A stretch of 64,000 nucleotides of DNA from Desulfobacterales bacterium (GCA_046483495.1 JAWODC010000015.1:15962-79961); one strand, 5' to 3'. Counted from the first letter of the stretch, positions 20,333 to 30,850 are shown. Numbers and translations are program-made. Notes: a model not told the origin generated them from the letters alone.

Positions 20333-20641
20333 TTAATCCTCCCGCTTCCCAATATCCTTTTTCATCTGTTCAAATTCTTCTTTGGAGATTTCTCCACCGG
20401 CATATCGACGCTTCAGGATATCGAGAGGATCTTCCTTTCTACGTTCGTTCGATCGGGATCGGGTAAACATATACACGAAAATCACGAGAAGAATGACGAG
20501 CAAAATCCACATGCCGATTCCTCCATATCCATACGGCATCATGTGATCGCCGTATCGCCTGTCATGGAAACCGGGCTCACAGGACGCCGATAACATGAGT
20601 GCAAAAGCCGCTGCTGAAACCTTTAGGATGATATGTGCCAT
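20333..20641 (-). CDS. SHOCT-domain membrane (lipo)protein
   Basis: Lipobox-like LSASC, HMM.YGYGG, TM helix, C-terminal PLDILKRRYAGGEISKEEFEQMKKD. Confidence 0.85.
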   Translation of the reverse strand: MAHIILKVSAAAFALMLSASCEPGFHDRRYGDHMMPYGYGGIGMWILLVILLVIFVYMFTRSRSNERRKEDPLDILKRRYAGGEISKEEFEQMKKDIGKRED

Positions 20642-20872
20642 TTGCAGCCTCCCCAATACATTGTCAATCTGCGTTGCTCTCAAGGATACATCTGGACGTT
20701 TACTCTCCGAAGAGACCTCGAACGGCTGTTTTTTGTCAATTACCGGCGCATCGCCGCCGGAATCCGGATACAGCGGATCTTCGGCGATCACCTCTTGCGG
20801 TCTCCCATCCCTTGCGGGGTATACCGGATAATGCTGCGAACCCTGAATCGCGGTTGTGTTTCGGAAGCTTCT

Positions 20873-21037
20873 TCAGCTCTTGCGCGATGTTTGCGTCTGA
20901 AACGACGAAACGAGCTGGGTTACATTTCGGGATTTACAGTCCGGACACTGGTAATTTTTTTTGTCGTGATCCGACAGGTTCATTGTGACGGAGAATTGCT
21001 TTTTGCATTCATCGCATTGAAATTCATACGTCGGCAT
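20873..21037 (-). CDS. FmdB-family zinc-ribbon protein
   Basis: MPTYEFQCDEC...F.......QCPDCKS; GGAGG RBS. Confidence 0.88.
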   Translation of the reverse strand: MPTYEFQCDECKKQFSVTMNLSDHDKKNYQCPDCKSRNVTQLVSSFQTQTSRKS

Positions 21038-21228
21038 GGTGTCACCTCCATGAAGGCGTTTTATATTTCGACGGTTTATCTTTATATAATTATATAAATT
21101 ATATTCACCGGAAGCAAACAGAATTGAAAGAGTATCCGGTGTTTTTTCTTGATGAGTTGTCGGTATTGATTCAATCTGTTGCAAATGGTATAAAAAATTA
21201 CCCATTTACGCACTGGAGGAGGTGCACT

Positions 21229-22074
21229 ATGACCGAGTTGATCGAAAAGGCCGCCAAGGACCTGGTGGACAGCCGGCACGCCATTGCCTTGACCGGCGCA
21301 GGCATGTCGACGGAATCGGGCATTCCCGATTTCAGAGGTCCCGACGGACTCTGGACACGTGATCCGGAAGCCGAAAGAAAAGCCTATGAAGCCTATGAAA
21401 TCTTCAGGCAAAATCCCCGAAAGTTCTGGGAGGAACGAATCAATCCGGAAAGTCCTTTACGGAGAGCGTTTGACGTATTCGGGCAATTGAACAAAGCCAT
21501 GCCCAACCCGGGGCATTATGCGCTGGCCGAACTGGAAAAAATGGGCATCCTCAAGTTCGTTCTTACCCAGAATATCGACGGCCTGCACACAAAAGCCGGA
21601 AACCTGAATGTGGTAGAGTACCATGGCGGTATCAACAAGTTCAGGTGCATCGGGTGCGGTAAACGCTTCACTGTAGATCGGATCAATCCCGACAAGCTGA
21701 CTTCGGCCGACAAGCTGCCCCCCTTATGCGAGTGCGGCGGCATCATCAAAGACGACGGGGTATTTTTCGGCGAGCCGATACCCGATGATAGCCGCAGAAT
21801 AAGCGAAGAACAGGCAGTCCGATGCGATCTCATGCTGATCTGCGGCACCTCTGCAGTCGTCTACCCTTTTGCCGATTTGCCAAGCATTGCCAAATTCGGC
21901 GCGGGACGTTTCGGCACCGTTTCACCACCAGGAAGCCGGGAGAACGTGACCGTCATCGAGGTGAACGCGGAACCCACCCCGCTCACCGGCCGCATTTCGG
22001 ATTACCTGATCCAGGGCAGGACCGGCGAAATCCTTCCCAGAATCCTTAAAGAGGTTCAGCGGATTTCGGGTTAG
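21229..22074 (+). CDS. cobB: Sir2/CobB NAD-dependent protein deacylase
   Basis: TGAGMSTESGIPDFRG, PNPGH, TQNIDGLH, HG, CxxC...CxC zinc site, FFGE, GTSAVVYP. Confidence 0.9.
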   Translation: MTELIEKAAKDLVDSRHAIALTGAGMSTESGIPDFRGPDGLWTRDPEAERKAYEAYEIFRQNPRKFWEERINPESPLRRAFDVFGQLNKAMPNPGHYALAELEKMGILKFVLTQNIDGLHTKAGNLNVVEYHGGINKFRCIGCGKRFTVDRINPDKLTSADKLPPLCECGGIIKDDGVFFGEPIPDDSRRISEEQAVRCDLMLICGTSAVVYPFADLPSIAKFGAGRFGTVSPPGSRENVTVIEVNAEPTPLTGRISDYLIQGRTGEILPRILKEVQRISG

Positions 22075-23669
22075 GCGCCGTGTTGGAATGATTTCATGTT
22101 TTCAGGCGGATTCACAAGCAGGGTTCCCGTGGGCGGCAGGCATTCTCCCACCGGATAGGCATCCGGCAGGGATTTATTCATCTGTTCGAATATCCTTTTT
22201 GGGCAGGCGAACAGCAGTTCATAATCCTCACCTCCGGCAACGGCCAATTCCATGGCGGATAGGCCATGCTTATTGGAAAATCGGATGAGGTCCGTATTCA
22301 GATGCCCGGGGTCGACTTCGAGCCGTATGGTGACCTGTGACGCTTTTGCAATATGAGCGGCATCGCCGGCCAGCCCGTCGCTGATATCCATGACGCATTC
22401 GACTCCGTGATCCGCCAGGATCTTCGCTGCATCGAAACGGGCCTTGGGATGCAGGAATTTGGCTGTCAATTCGGGAAATTCATAATCGTTTTCCATTAGC
22501 AGGGCCAACCCGGCCCGTGCCATTCCCAGCGGACCGGTGCAATATAGACCGTATCCGGATTTGGCCGCTGAACGCACGGGGAAAAGGCCTTTTTTTCCCC
22601 GCCCCACTGCAAAGAGATCGAGGGCCAAGCGCTCGGCAGCGGCGATATTGCCGCCGCCGATTTCACAGCCGTGCCGCCTCAATGCCATATTTATGCCGTC
22701 ATAAATGCGGCAAATCGTCTGGTCGGAAACCCCGGGCGGAATGCCTAAATTGATGAACAGACAAACCGGTTCGGCATAGGCGGCGGCCAAGTCACTGAAG
22801 GTGATTTCAACGGCCTTTTGTCCGATATCTTCTTCAGTCTGCCGGCGAAAGTTGAAATGCACACCTTCTCGATGCGTATCCGTCGTTATCACCGGACGCT
22901 CTAATGCTTTCAGCAGGGCCGTATCGTCACCGCCCGGAACAAGAAGCCCGGTTGCATCGGAAGGCATGCGATAGGCGCCTGCGGTGAGTTTTTCGATCAG
23001 GGCGAATTCGTTATGCCAGGGAGCCTGTAAGGCATGCCGCGGATCACAACCGCAGATACGGGCAAGCGTCCGGGCGCTGTGAACAGGATTGGCCGCCCGT
23101 GAAACGGCGGTTATCAAGGAAATGCCGCTTGCCCCGTTGGCAAAACAGGCGGCGGCATTGCTTTCATCGATGCCGCCGATGGCCACCACCGGCACCGGCG
23201 ATTCCGCCGCCACCTTTTTCAGACCTTCAAGACCGATGACGGCTTTTGCATCGGATTTGGTGCCGGTCGGATATACCGGACCCGTGCCGATGTAATCGCA
23301 ACCGGAGAGATCCGTTTTTGCCAACTCATCGGGTGTTGACACGGAAACGCCGATAATGGCACCAGCACCCAATATCGTTGCAGCGGTTGAAGGGCTTTCA
23401 TCCTCTTGCCCTAAATGGACTCCATCCGCCTTGACGGCCTTGGCCAGAAGAAGGTCATCGTTTATGATGAACGGAACCCGGTTGCTTCTGCACAAGTCAC
23501 GGATGGCGGTCACCTCTTCATAGAGGCGCGGCGTAAACCTTTTGTTGCGGTACTGGATCATGGTTGCACCTGCAGATATGGCGATAGCCGCCTGATCGAC
23601 AGGCGATAGGTCCGGGGCCGAATCATCCGTTATGTAATAAAATCGCAGTGCCTGTTTAAGGTTCAGCAT
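22071..23669 (-). CDS. thiE-thiL: Fused thiamine-phosphate synthase (ThiE) / thiamine-monophosphate kinase (ThiL)
   Basis: N-half: QYRNK, IINDD, DGVHLGQED, GVSVS, GPVYPT.TK, VAIGGI. C-half: EFALIE, GDDTA, D...EGVHF, SDLAA, MDISDGL, GGEDYELLF. Confidence 0.92.
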   Translation of the reverse strand: MLNLKQALRFYYITDDSAPDLSPVDQAAIAISAGATMIQYRNKRFTPRLYEEVTAIRDLCRSNRVPFIINDDLLLAKAVKADGVHLGQEDESPSTAATILGAGAIIGVSVSTPDELAKTDLSGCDYIGTGPVYPTGTKSDAKAVIGLEGLKKVAAESPVPVVAIGGIDESNAAACFANGASGISLITAVSRAANPVHSARTLARICGCDPRHALQAPWHNEFALIEKLTAGAYRMPSDATGLLVPGGDDTALLKALERPVITTDTHREGVHFNFRRQTEEDIGQKAVEITFSDLAAAYAEPVCLFINLGIPPGVSDQTICRIYDGINMALRRHGCEIGGGNIAAAERLALDLFAVGRGKKGLFPVRSAAKSGYGLYCTGPLGMARAGLALLMENDYEFPELTAKFLHPKARFDAAKILADHGVECVMDISDGLAGDAAHIAKASQVTIRLEVDPGHLNTDLIRFSNKHGLSAMELAVAGGEDYELLFACPKRIFEQMNKSLPDAYPVGECLPPTGTLLVNPPENMKSFQHGA

Positions 23670-24214
23670 TCGAATCGCTCCATCCATGAATGAAACAAGG
23701 CGATTTTTGCATCTCCCAGTGGTTGTAATTCCTCGATGATGGTGCTGATGGATTTTTCTTCGTTTTTATAACCTCCGTTTTTCGAAAAGAATTTGTCGGC
23801 ATAGCAGATAATCTGCTCTTCCAACGTTTCGGGCACCATGTCACGAACAGGGAGAGGCAGGCGGCCGGCAGTAATTTCCGCCGCACGGATGCCCATGCCT
23901 AAATGACATTCACACACCCTGGCATGTCTGTGAAGCTCCAATTTCTTCAAAATCCGCGCCCCAAGTATTCCGTGGCGGATATAAGGGTGTTTCCCATGGC
24001 AGTCCAACTGGGATGTATTCGTTAAAAAAATCCCGATATCATGCAGCATGGCCGCCTCCCATATAAACGGGATATCCGGATTCGACCCGGTAATGCGACG
24101 GGCGATATTCACCGCCTTTTCGCTGACGGCGATGCCGTGTTCCACGAGAATCGCAAACGCCCGGGATTCGGGATTGTAAAACCGCCGGATGACGGCAATC
24201 GGATCGACAGCCAT
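23663..24214 (-). CDS. HD-domain phosphohydrolase
   Basis: H...V, AAMLHDIG, HGILG, H.G.G, ICYADKF. Confidence 0.85.
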   Translation of the reverse strand: MAVDPIAVIRRFYNPESRAFAILVEHGIAVSEKAVNIARRITGSNPDIPFIWEAAMLHDIGIFLTNTSQLDCHGKHPYIRHGILGARILKKLELHRHARVCECHLGMGIRAAEITAGRLPLPVRDMVPETLEEQIICYADKFFSKNGGYKNEEKSISTIIEELQPLGDAKIALFHSWMERFEC

Positions 24215-25316
24215 TTACCCGGCCTTTCCGGACATCAGCACGGCTTCGATGAAGGGATCGATATCGCCGTCCAGAACCGAATTGACGTTTCCGATATCCA
24301 TACTGATCCGGTGGTCCTTTACCAATTGGTAGGGGTGGAGCACATAGGACCGAATCTGGCTTCCCCAGGCGATTTCCTCCTTGGCATCATGCATTTCCTG
24401 GATCTTTTCATCCTGTTTCTGCTTCTCCAACTGATAAAGGCGCGCCCGGAGAACCTTCATAGCCAGGTCTTTATTACGGTGCTGGGATTTTTCCTGCTGG
24501 CACTGAACGGTGATGCCGGTGGGCAGATGGGTAACCCTGACGGCGCTGCTGGTTTTGTTTACATGCTGGCCGCCCGCGCCGCTTGCCCTGAATACGTCGA
24601 TACGGAGATCCTTTTCATCCACATCAACGACGATTTCATTATCCAGTTCGGGATAAACGAAAACCGAAGAAAAACTGGTGTGCCGTTTTGCATTGGCATT
24701 GAACGGAGATATCCGCACCAGCCGGTGAACCCCCTTTTCAGACTTCAAATAGCCGTAGGCGTTCCTTCCCGAAACCGTAAATGTGACACTCTTTACTCCT
24801 GCCTCGTCCCCCGGCTGAAGATCGATCAATTCCATTTCAAATCCTTTTCGCTCCACCCAGCGGCTGTACATTCTAAACAGCATCTCCGACCAATCCTGTG
24901 CTTCCGTGCCGCCCGCGCCCGCATTGATGGATACGATGGCATTTCTCTCGTCGTCCGGATCATCCAGCATTATGTCCAGTTCGAGCTGCCGAATCTTTCT
25001 CCCGATATCCTCCGCCTGCTGATGAACCTCTTTCAAGACGTCGGAATCATCTGCTTCTTCGGAAAGCTCCAATAAAATGCCGCAGTCTTCCAGGCTGTTT
25101 TCCAGGCTATTGAAGTGGTCGATTTGTTGAGATAGTTGGGATCTTTCCCTTAGAATGGACTTGGTCGATTCCGGGTCATCCCAGAAATCGGGTTTGGCGA
25201 TGACGTACTCGAGTTCATTCAACCGGTTTCTTTTCTTTTCGAGGTCAAAGATAGCCTTTCAACCGGTCGAGTTCGGCTTTAAGGGATCTGAGGGTGTTTT
25301 TTGTTTCCGCCAGCAT
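24215..25316 (-). CDS. prfB: Peptide chain release factor 2, expressed through a programmed +1 frameshift
   Basis: 23-codon first frame MLAETKNTLRSLKAELDRLKGYL ends at CTT-TGA-C (25250-25244). The +1 frame carries the SPF and GGQ motifs and WGSQIRSY. Confidence 0.97.
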
Positions 25317-25407
25317 GGTCACCTCCTAAAAAAGGGCCGTCGGCCCCGTTTGTTTATATCATCATCAACACGAAATATATATTATTATATGGATTTTAGC
25401 GGAAGAA

Positions 25408-26994
25408 TCAAGATCTTGTTTTTGGACCGGGTGCAAGGAAATTTATAATGACCAAACCGGCGGCAATCGCCGTGCATATCCGGGCAAAAAGGTCTCCAAA
25501 CCGGGTGTAAAACGTTTTTTCATGGATCAACGGCACCGAAAAAGATGCTGTTGCGTCTACGTACAGTCCGGTTTTTCCGTTGGCGCGTCCCGTGGGGTCA
25601 ATGAAACCGCTGATGCCCGTATTGGCGCTGCGGACCAGGGAGCGCCGGTTTTCAACGGCCCTGAATACCGCCTTTGAAAAATGCTGGTATGGTGCGCCTG
25701 TCCTTCCATACCAGGCATCATTAGTTATGTTCAACAGCAGGGAAGCACCGTTTTTCGTCGCGGCACGGGACAAATCAGGAAAAATAATTTCATAACAGAT
25801 TAGAATCCCGAGGCGCTCCTGTTGCCAGACCAGGGTCGTTCCTTTTTCACCCCCCTCAAAATCCCCGATGTGCTCCACAATTTTTCCAACGAACGGAATC
25901 CATTTCCTCAAGGGGACATATTCACCGAATGGAACGAGGTGCACCTTGTCATACTTTCCGGCGATGCTTTTGTCCGGCTGAACCAAATAAGCACTGTTAT
26001 AGTACCGCACGCCTTGTTGCCGGTCATAGGAGAAGGAAGGGCTTCCAATCAGAAAATCGCTGCCGGCCGCCGAGATGCCGTGCAAAACCATTTCGGTAAG
26101 CGCCCGTGAAACAGGGTCCTTATCATAAAGGAAATAAAATGGAGCGGCTGTTTCAGGCCATACGATGAGATCGGGGTTTTCCGGTTTTGCCGAGAGGGAC
26201 AGATCGATGTATTTCCGGGTGGTAGCCATCTGAAAACGATCGTCCCATTTAATATTTTGATCGATGTTGCCCTGGACGGCGACCACGGTCTTGTGGGGAG
26301 CTGCTGTCATCCATCCGTTCACCCGGTCAAGCCGAACGTCACCGTAAATGAGAACCAATACCAAAGCCCCGGTGGTTGCTGTCGAGAGGAGGGCTGTCCC
26401 GGAAAAAGACATTTTTCCGGTTCGATCTTCGGCCCCTATGCGGCGAACCAGCATGACGATCAGCCCGTTTACGGCCGCTATGACAAAAGAGACCCCGTAT
26501 ACCCCCGTAATATCGGAAATCTGGATTAAGTGCAGGTTTTCAGACTGAGAATATCCCAACAGCGCCCAGGGAAACCCGGACAGCAAAAAAGACCGGACAT
26601 ATTCCAGAAAAACCCAGAGTGTTGGAATGAGCAAAAACATCACAACCGGTCTCATGCGTGAAGTGGAAACAGCGGCGCAGAAAACGCCGATAAACAACGA
26701 AAGGAAAAATGCGAGCAGAAGCATGATGGGGATGCTCAAGGCCCAGGGAAGATGACCGTAAGTATGGATCGTAAAGGCCAGCCAATACATCAACGACACA
26801 TAATGCGTCAGGCCCGCCAAAACGCCAAGGCGAAAACTGTTGAACACGGTTTGGCGAACAGCGGCTGTCAGCAGCGGCACCAAGGCCGCCCAGGCAACCC
26901 AGTGCATGCCGATCGGGGGAAATGCAGCCGTCAAGAGCAGTCCGCTGAAAACGGCTGAAACGATCTGATATTTTTCGATGAAAATGGGCTTCAA
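25408..26994 (-). CDS. lnt: Apolipoprotein N-acyltransferase
   Basis: GFPW..LGYSQ, QGNI, WPETA, YDK.HLVPFGEY, ICYE, TNDAW, RAVENRR, ANTGIS. Confidence 0.96.
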   Translation of the reverse strand: MKPIFIEKYQIVSAVFSGLLLTAAFPPIGMHWVAWAALVPLLTAAVRQTVFNSFRLGVLAGLTHYVSLMYWLAFTIHTYGHLPWALSIPIMLLLAFFLSLFIGVFCAAVSTSRMRPVVMFLLIPTLWVFLEYVRSFLLSGFPWALLGYSQSENLHLIQISDITGVYGVSFVIAAVNGLIVMLVRRIGAEDRTGKMSFSGTALLSTATTGALVLVLIYGDVRLDRVNGWMTAAPHKTVVAVQGNIDQNIKWDDRFQMATTRKYIDLSLSAKPENPDLIVWPETAAPFYFLYDKDPVSRALTEMVLHGISAAGSDFLIGSPSFSYDRQQGVRYYNSAYLVQPDKSIAGKYDKVHLVPFGEYVPLRKWIPFVGKIVEHIGDFEGGEKGTTLVWQQERLGILICYEIIFPDLSRAATKNGASLLLNITNDAWYGRTGAPYQHFSKAVFRAVENRRSLVRSANTGISGFIDPTGRANGKTGLYVDATASFSVPLIHEKTFYTRFGDLFARICTAIAAGLVIINFLAPGPKTRS

Positions 26995-27041
26995 TGATCC
27001 AATTACGGGTTCGATACCGATCCTCTGTTACAAATTTCGAT

Positions 27042-27070
27042 ATGATAATCAGCACTCGTCAGGCTGTCAA
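27042..27070 (-). promoter_or_regulatory. Sigma-70 promoter for the lnt-prfB-HD-thiEL operon
   Basis: Minus strand TTGACA-N17-TATCAT. Confidence 0.65.
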
Positions 27071-27155
27071 TACCGGAGATGCCGGCGCTTCGCCCGCATC
27101 GCCTGTGAATTTTCCACGGTCAATCCTATCATGATCGGGACCTGGACCTACATGG

Positions 27156-29034
27156 ATCGGGTAGGGAGGAGGCTCGCGCCTCCCACCTCCCACACCACCG
27201 GGCATACGGTTCCGTACCACGGCGGTTCATGTGCCGCGTTGAAGCCTGCGGAGTTGATCTTGCAGTGACACGAGTCCAAGTGCATCAAAGAACTTCTTCG
27301 GGAACGCCTCGTTCATGTGCGAGGCCCCGGAGTTCCACCAGGGACCACGTCCGCTGGTGGCCGATCTCCAGGCCCGTTCTTCCGGGAGTCCCCGCCGCAT
27401 CAGGTTCTTTGCCCGCGCGTAGGAGCGTTTCCACTGACGCCAGAGGATGTTGCGCAACTTGCGCCGTATCCATCCGTCGAACTCATCGAAAACGCCTCGC
27501 ACTTCCGCCAGCTTGAAGTAGTTCATCCAGCCTCTCAGCTTCGGCGCAAGGGTGGCTATCGTGGACTTGAGCGAGCGTCCCCGCCCCCGCCGGAACTCCT
27601 CGCGCAACGCCTCCTTCATGCGTTTGACCACGCTTGGCGCGACTTTCAGCCGCGGCCGCATGTGGACCGTCATGGAGTAGCCGAGGAACTTCCGGTTCCA
27701 CGGGCGGTCAACCGCGCTCTTGGCCGCGTTGACCCTCAATTTCAACCGCACTGTCAGAAACCGGGTGATCGAGGCCATGACCCGCTCGCCCGAGCGCCGC
27801 GACCGCACGTAGATGTTGCAGTCATCGGCGTACCGGCAGAAGGCGTGGCCCCTGCGTTCCAGCTCCTTGTCCAGGTCGTCCAGGAGGATGTTGGTCAAGA
27901 GCGGCGAGAGCGGCCCGCCCTGGGGCGTGCCCTCCATCCGCTGCGAAACGGCGCCCCCCGTCATCAGCCCCGCTTGCAGGTACCGCCGGATGAGGCCCGG
28001 CACCCGCTTGTCCTCGACCTTGCGGGCCACCCGCGCCATGAGCACGTCGTGGTTCACCCGGTCGAAGAACTTCTCGAGGTCCATGTCAACGATCCATCGC
28101 CGTCCCGCGGCGACATGCTCCCGCGCCTGTTGCACGGCCTGATGCGCACTTCGACCGGGGCGGAAACCGTAGCTGGATTCCGAAAAGCCGGGATCGAAAA
28201 TGGGGGTCAACACCTGCTGCAACGCCTGCTGGATCAGGCGGTCCATGGCCGTCGGGATGCCCAATTGACGCACCCCGCCACCCGGCTTGGGGATTTCCAC
28301 CCCCAGAACGGGTTGCGGCGCATAACGCCCCGCCAGCAGGTCTTCCTTGATTTCGGGCCAGTGCTGCTTGCAGTGCCCCCAGACGTCTTCAACTCGCATG
28401 CCGTCGACGCCCGGAGCGCCCTTGTTGGCGCGCACGCGCTTATAGGCCCTGAGCATGTTCTCGCGTCCGACCACCGCGTCCATCAGCCTCTGCCGCTCCG
28501 GATGGGAGTGATCCATCGTTGCCGTGGCGCTTGACGCACCGCCGCCGTACTCTCGGGGATTCCGCCCCCTACCCTCCGGCGTGGCGGCGGGCATCCCGTC
28601 CCGCCTTTCTGCGTCTCCATTCACCATCGAAACTCCGGGCTCCTGTCCCGTGACACATGTTCAGGCCTTCGGCCCGGTCGGCGGACCTACTATGCCCTCT
28701 GCTGACTTCTGCCCGCCCATCCCGACGCCTTGCGACGCCGGTAGCACATGGCAGGCGGACAGACCTCCCCGGGTAATGCGCACCCACCTTCACGCTTATG
28801 CCCGCCGCATCTACGTCCGCGCCTTCCGTACAAGTATGGGGCTTTGGAGATATTGGACTCCTCACCCGGCGCGACCGCCTCGTATGCGATTCCTGTTCGT
28901 CAGGCCAGCGCTTTGCCTTCGGCTTCCTTCAGACCCCGCCTCGCGACGACGCCCTTGCCGTTCAGCTAACAGTTCCCCTTGTCGGGCCTGTAGAGGACTT
29001 ACACCTCCAAGTGAGTGCGCCCTGCCGGGCGCAC
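27156..29034 (-). mobile_element. Complete group II intron, class IIC
   Basis: 5' end GTGCG at 29034. 3' DV/DVI: GAACCGCCGTGGTACGGAACCGTATGCCCGGTGGTGTGGGAGG...CCCTACCCGAT, ending 27156. Inserted just after a terminator hairpin plus T-run, and visibly more GC-rich than the host. Confidence 0.95.
27227..28627 (-). CDS. ltrA: Group II intron reverse transcriptase/maturase (no endonuclease domain)
   Basis: [54 protein letters not shown], domain X RGWMNYF. Confidence 0.95.
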   Translation of the reverse strand: MVNGDAERRDGMPAATPEGRGRNPREYGGGASSATATMDHSHPERQRLMDAVVGRENMLRAYKRVRANKGAPGVDGMRVEDVWGHCKQHWPEIKEDLLAGRYAPQPVLGVEIPKPGGGVRQLGIPTAMDRLIQQALQQVLTPIFDPGFSESSYGFRPGRSAHQAVQQAREHVAAGRRWIVDMDLEKFFDRVNHDVLMARVARKVEDKRVPGLIRRYLQAGLMTGGAVSQRMEGTPQGGPLSPLLTNILLDDLDKELERRGHAFCRYADDCNIYVRSRRSGERVMASITRFLTVRLKLRVNAAKSAVDRPWNRKFLGYSMTVHMRPRLKVAPSVVKRMKEALREEFRRGRGRSLKSTIATLAPKLRGWMNYFKLAEVRGVFDEFDGWIRRKLRNILWRQWKRSYARAKNLMRRGLPEERAWRSATSGRGPWWNSGASHMNEAFPKKFFDALGLVSLQDQLRRLQRGT

Positions 29035-29035
29035 C

Positions 29036-29076
29036 AAAAAAAAAGGGGTGCCGCCTGCTTTTTACAGCGGCACCCC
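29036..29076 (-). terminator. Rho-independent terminator of the DUF1329 gene; intron target site
   Basis: GGGGTGCCGC...GCGGCACCCC followed by T9 on the minus strand. Confidence 0.85.
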
Positions 29077-29115
29077 CGGGTGTTTAACCTTGGTTGATTT
29101 CTGCTGCGATTCCGA

Positions 29116-30336
29116 TTAGAAATTGGAGCCAAGCGCCCCTGGTGAAAATCGCTCTTTGATCATGGGTGCATCGGCCGTTACCGTCCACAGCAGATTCTGG
29201 CTCCAGAAATTATTCTTCAGATCGCTCAAGGAAGACGAGCACTGGGTCCAGGCCGGTTCGCCCTTGGCCGTGTCATAATTGACGATGCAATTGATGCAGC
29301 CCTTCCACAGATTCCCCTGCTTGTCATACACATGTGCGTACATGACATGATAGGTTTCTTTTTCGATATACAGGGTTTTCTTTTCTTCCGGATGACGCGA
29401 GTTGTTGGGAACGACATCGACGATCCAGAAATCCCGGAGCTCGTAAGGATCCGAAGGACCGCTGACAACCGGATGAGGATACCCATGCTCGTATTTTGTT
29501 CCCGGGACACACTTTGTCTGCTGATTCATCAGGGCCAGCAACTTCGTCTCGCCGACCAGTTTCGGCGTCCATTCCGAGAGTTTTCCATCGAACCCGTAAA
29601 AATCATCCCATGTAAACGGCGTTCCCCGGACCGGGTTTGCCCGTTCGCTGGAAACCATTCTAAGCGTCCGGCGCAGGGTCGGCACATAGGTCCACATGTC
29701 GTCGTTTTTGAAGGGATCCTCGTACCGCCACGTCAGGGTGACCATATCCTTGTTCGGTGGAGTCCTCGAATTTAGAAGCAGCGCGGAAAAAAGGTCTTCA
29801 CGGTTTGGGAGAACCGGTTTGGGATCTACCGCGGTTCGATGCGTGTAAAACAGCATGTCGATCTGTGAAAGGGCGCTGCTGATGGGTCCTCCTTTGCGTT
29901 GAGAGGTGTACCAGTACCCGTCGTTGTAGGAAAAGCCGTCCGATCGCCACCGGTAATAGTGATTCCACATGATTTTCCAGGCCCTGTTCGGCTCTTTCAC
30001 TTCCGGAAACGGCAATCCTGCCACCAGGTTCTCGGGAGTATTGTCGGCATTCAGTGTAACCTTGCCGATATTTTTCTGGCTGGCGTCAAGGTACTTTTGC
30101 GGCATCTCCACATTGGTTTTCTCCCTGACATGAATCGCGACTGGATCGACAATCCCCCAGCCATCCTCGATGTATCCTTGCATGATGGTGGGGAAATAGT
30201 CCTTGTACTGATCGATATTCGACGCATCGATCACATCGCCGGGTTTCGGCTCTGCACTGAATGCGGTGCCTGTAAGGACAAAACCAAACACCGCCAAAAC
30301 AGCAACTAAGGGGTAAAAAGCTCGTTTAAAACTCAT
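29116..30336 (-). CDS. DUF1329-family exported protein (LolA-like lipoprotein-sorting fold)
   Basis: Signal peptide, PGDVI.ASN.DQYKDY, GLPFP, WNH, W.Y.P.LRR, T.DD..GF, YDKQG.LWK, F.P.AL. Confidence 0.82.
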   Translation of the reverse strand: MSFKRAFYPLVAVLAVFGFVLTGTAFSAEPKPGDVIDASNIDQYKDYFPTIMQGYIEDGWGIVDPVAIHVREKTNVEMPQKYLDASQKNIGKVTLNADNTPENLVAGLPFPEVKEPNRAWKIMWNHYYRWRSDGFSYNDGYWYTSQRKGGPISSALSQIDMLFYTHRTAVDPKPVLPNREDLFSALLLNSRTPPNKDMVTLTWRYEDPFKNDDMWTYVPTLRRTLRMVSSERANPVRGTPFTWDDFYGFDGKLSEWTPKLVGETKLLALMNQQTKCVPGTKYEHGYPHPVVSGPSDPYELRDFWIVDVVPNNSRHPEEKKTLYIEKETYHVMYAHVYDKQGNLWKGCINCIVNYDTAKGEPAWTQCSSSLSDLKNNFWSQNLLWTVTADAPMIKERFSPGALGSNF

Positions 30337-30617
30337 CTTAAAAAAACCTCCTAAAGACGTAAGGGTTAAACACGCCGTCCGGTTCAAGGCGGGTAACCGT
30401 AGACCGGACAATTTAAAAACATATCAAAGAATTGATTGGATGTAAAAACAATATCCCATTCAATATCATCATTCAAAATGTTATGATGCCGAAAATTAAG
30501 ATACTGAATAAAATTTAACGGGTAAATAATATTCCGGCATGGAAAATGTCAACAGGATTTTTCAGGGTTTTCTTTTTCAAAAACTAAACGTGCATGCCGA
30601 TCAGGCAATGGTTCGTG

Positions 30618-30763
30618 AGCGCCCATCCGGAAATGAGAAAATTCGATTCCGTTCAAAGCGGCCCTGAAAGTATAACCGCATAAATACATTCAATATTTTG
30701 AGGATTATAGTTTGCCGGCCAACGCCGAAATAGAGCGAATCATCCCATTTCTGAATGGGCACT
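30618..30763 (-). repeat. ~145-bp palindromic MITE-like dispersed repeat, copy 1
   Basis: Termini AGCGCCCATCCGGAAAT / ATTTCTGAATGGGCACT. Its reverse complement aligns end to end with 37213-37357. Confidence 0.85.
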
Positions 30764-30850
30764 GGTGAACCGCTGAAAATGCTGTGCCGGCAGCTTAAAA
30801 TATATCTTGACCCTGACAAAAAGCGTGTGATAATGGACGGCATACCCAGC

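Noticed and set aside
24041..25075. 344-aa plus-strand ORF; also prfB as a truncated pseudogene
   Set aside because: The ORF is antisense to prfB. The apparent truncation is the standard programmed frameshift.
27227..28627. RT as a retron, DGR or CRISPR-associated RT; 405-aa antisense ORF at 27317-28534
   Set aside because: Group II intron ends, DV/DVI and the maturase domain are clear, with no TR/VR pair, msr-msd or cas genes. The antisense ORF is a GC-rich shadow.
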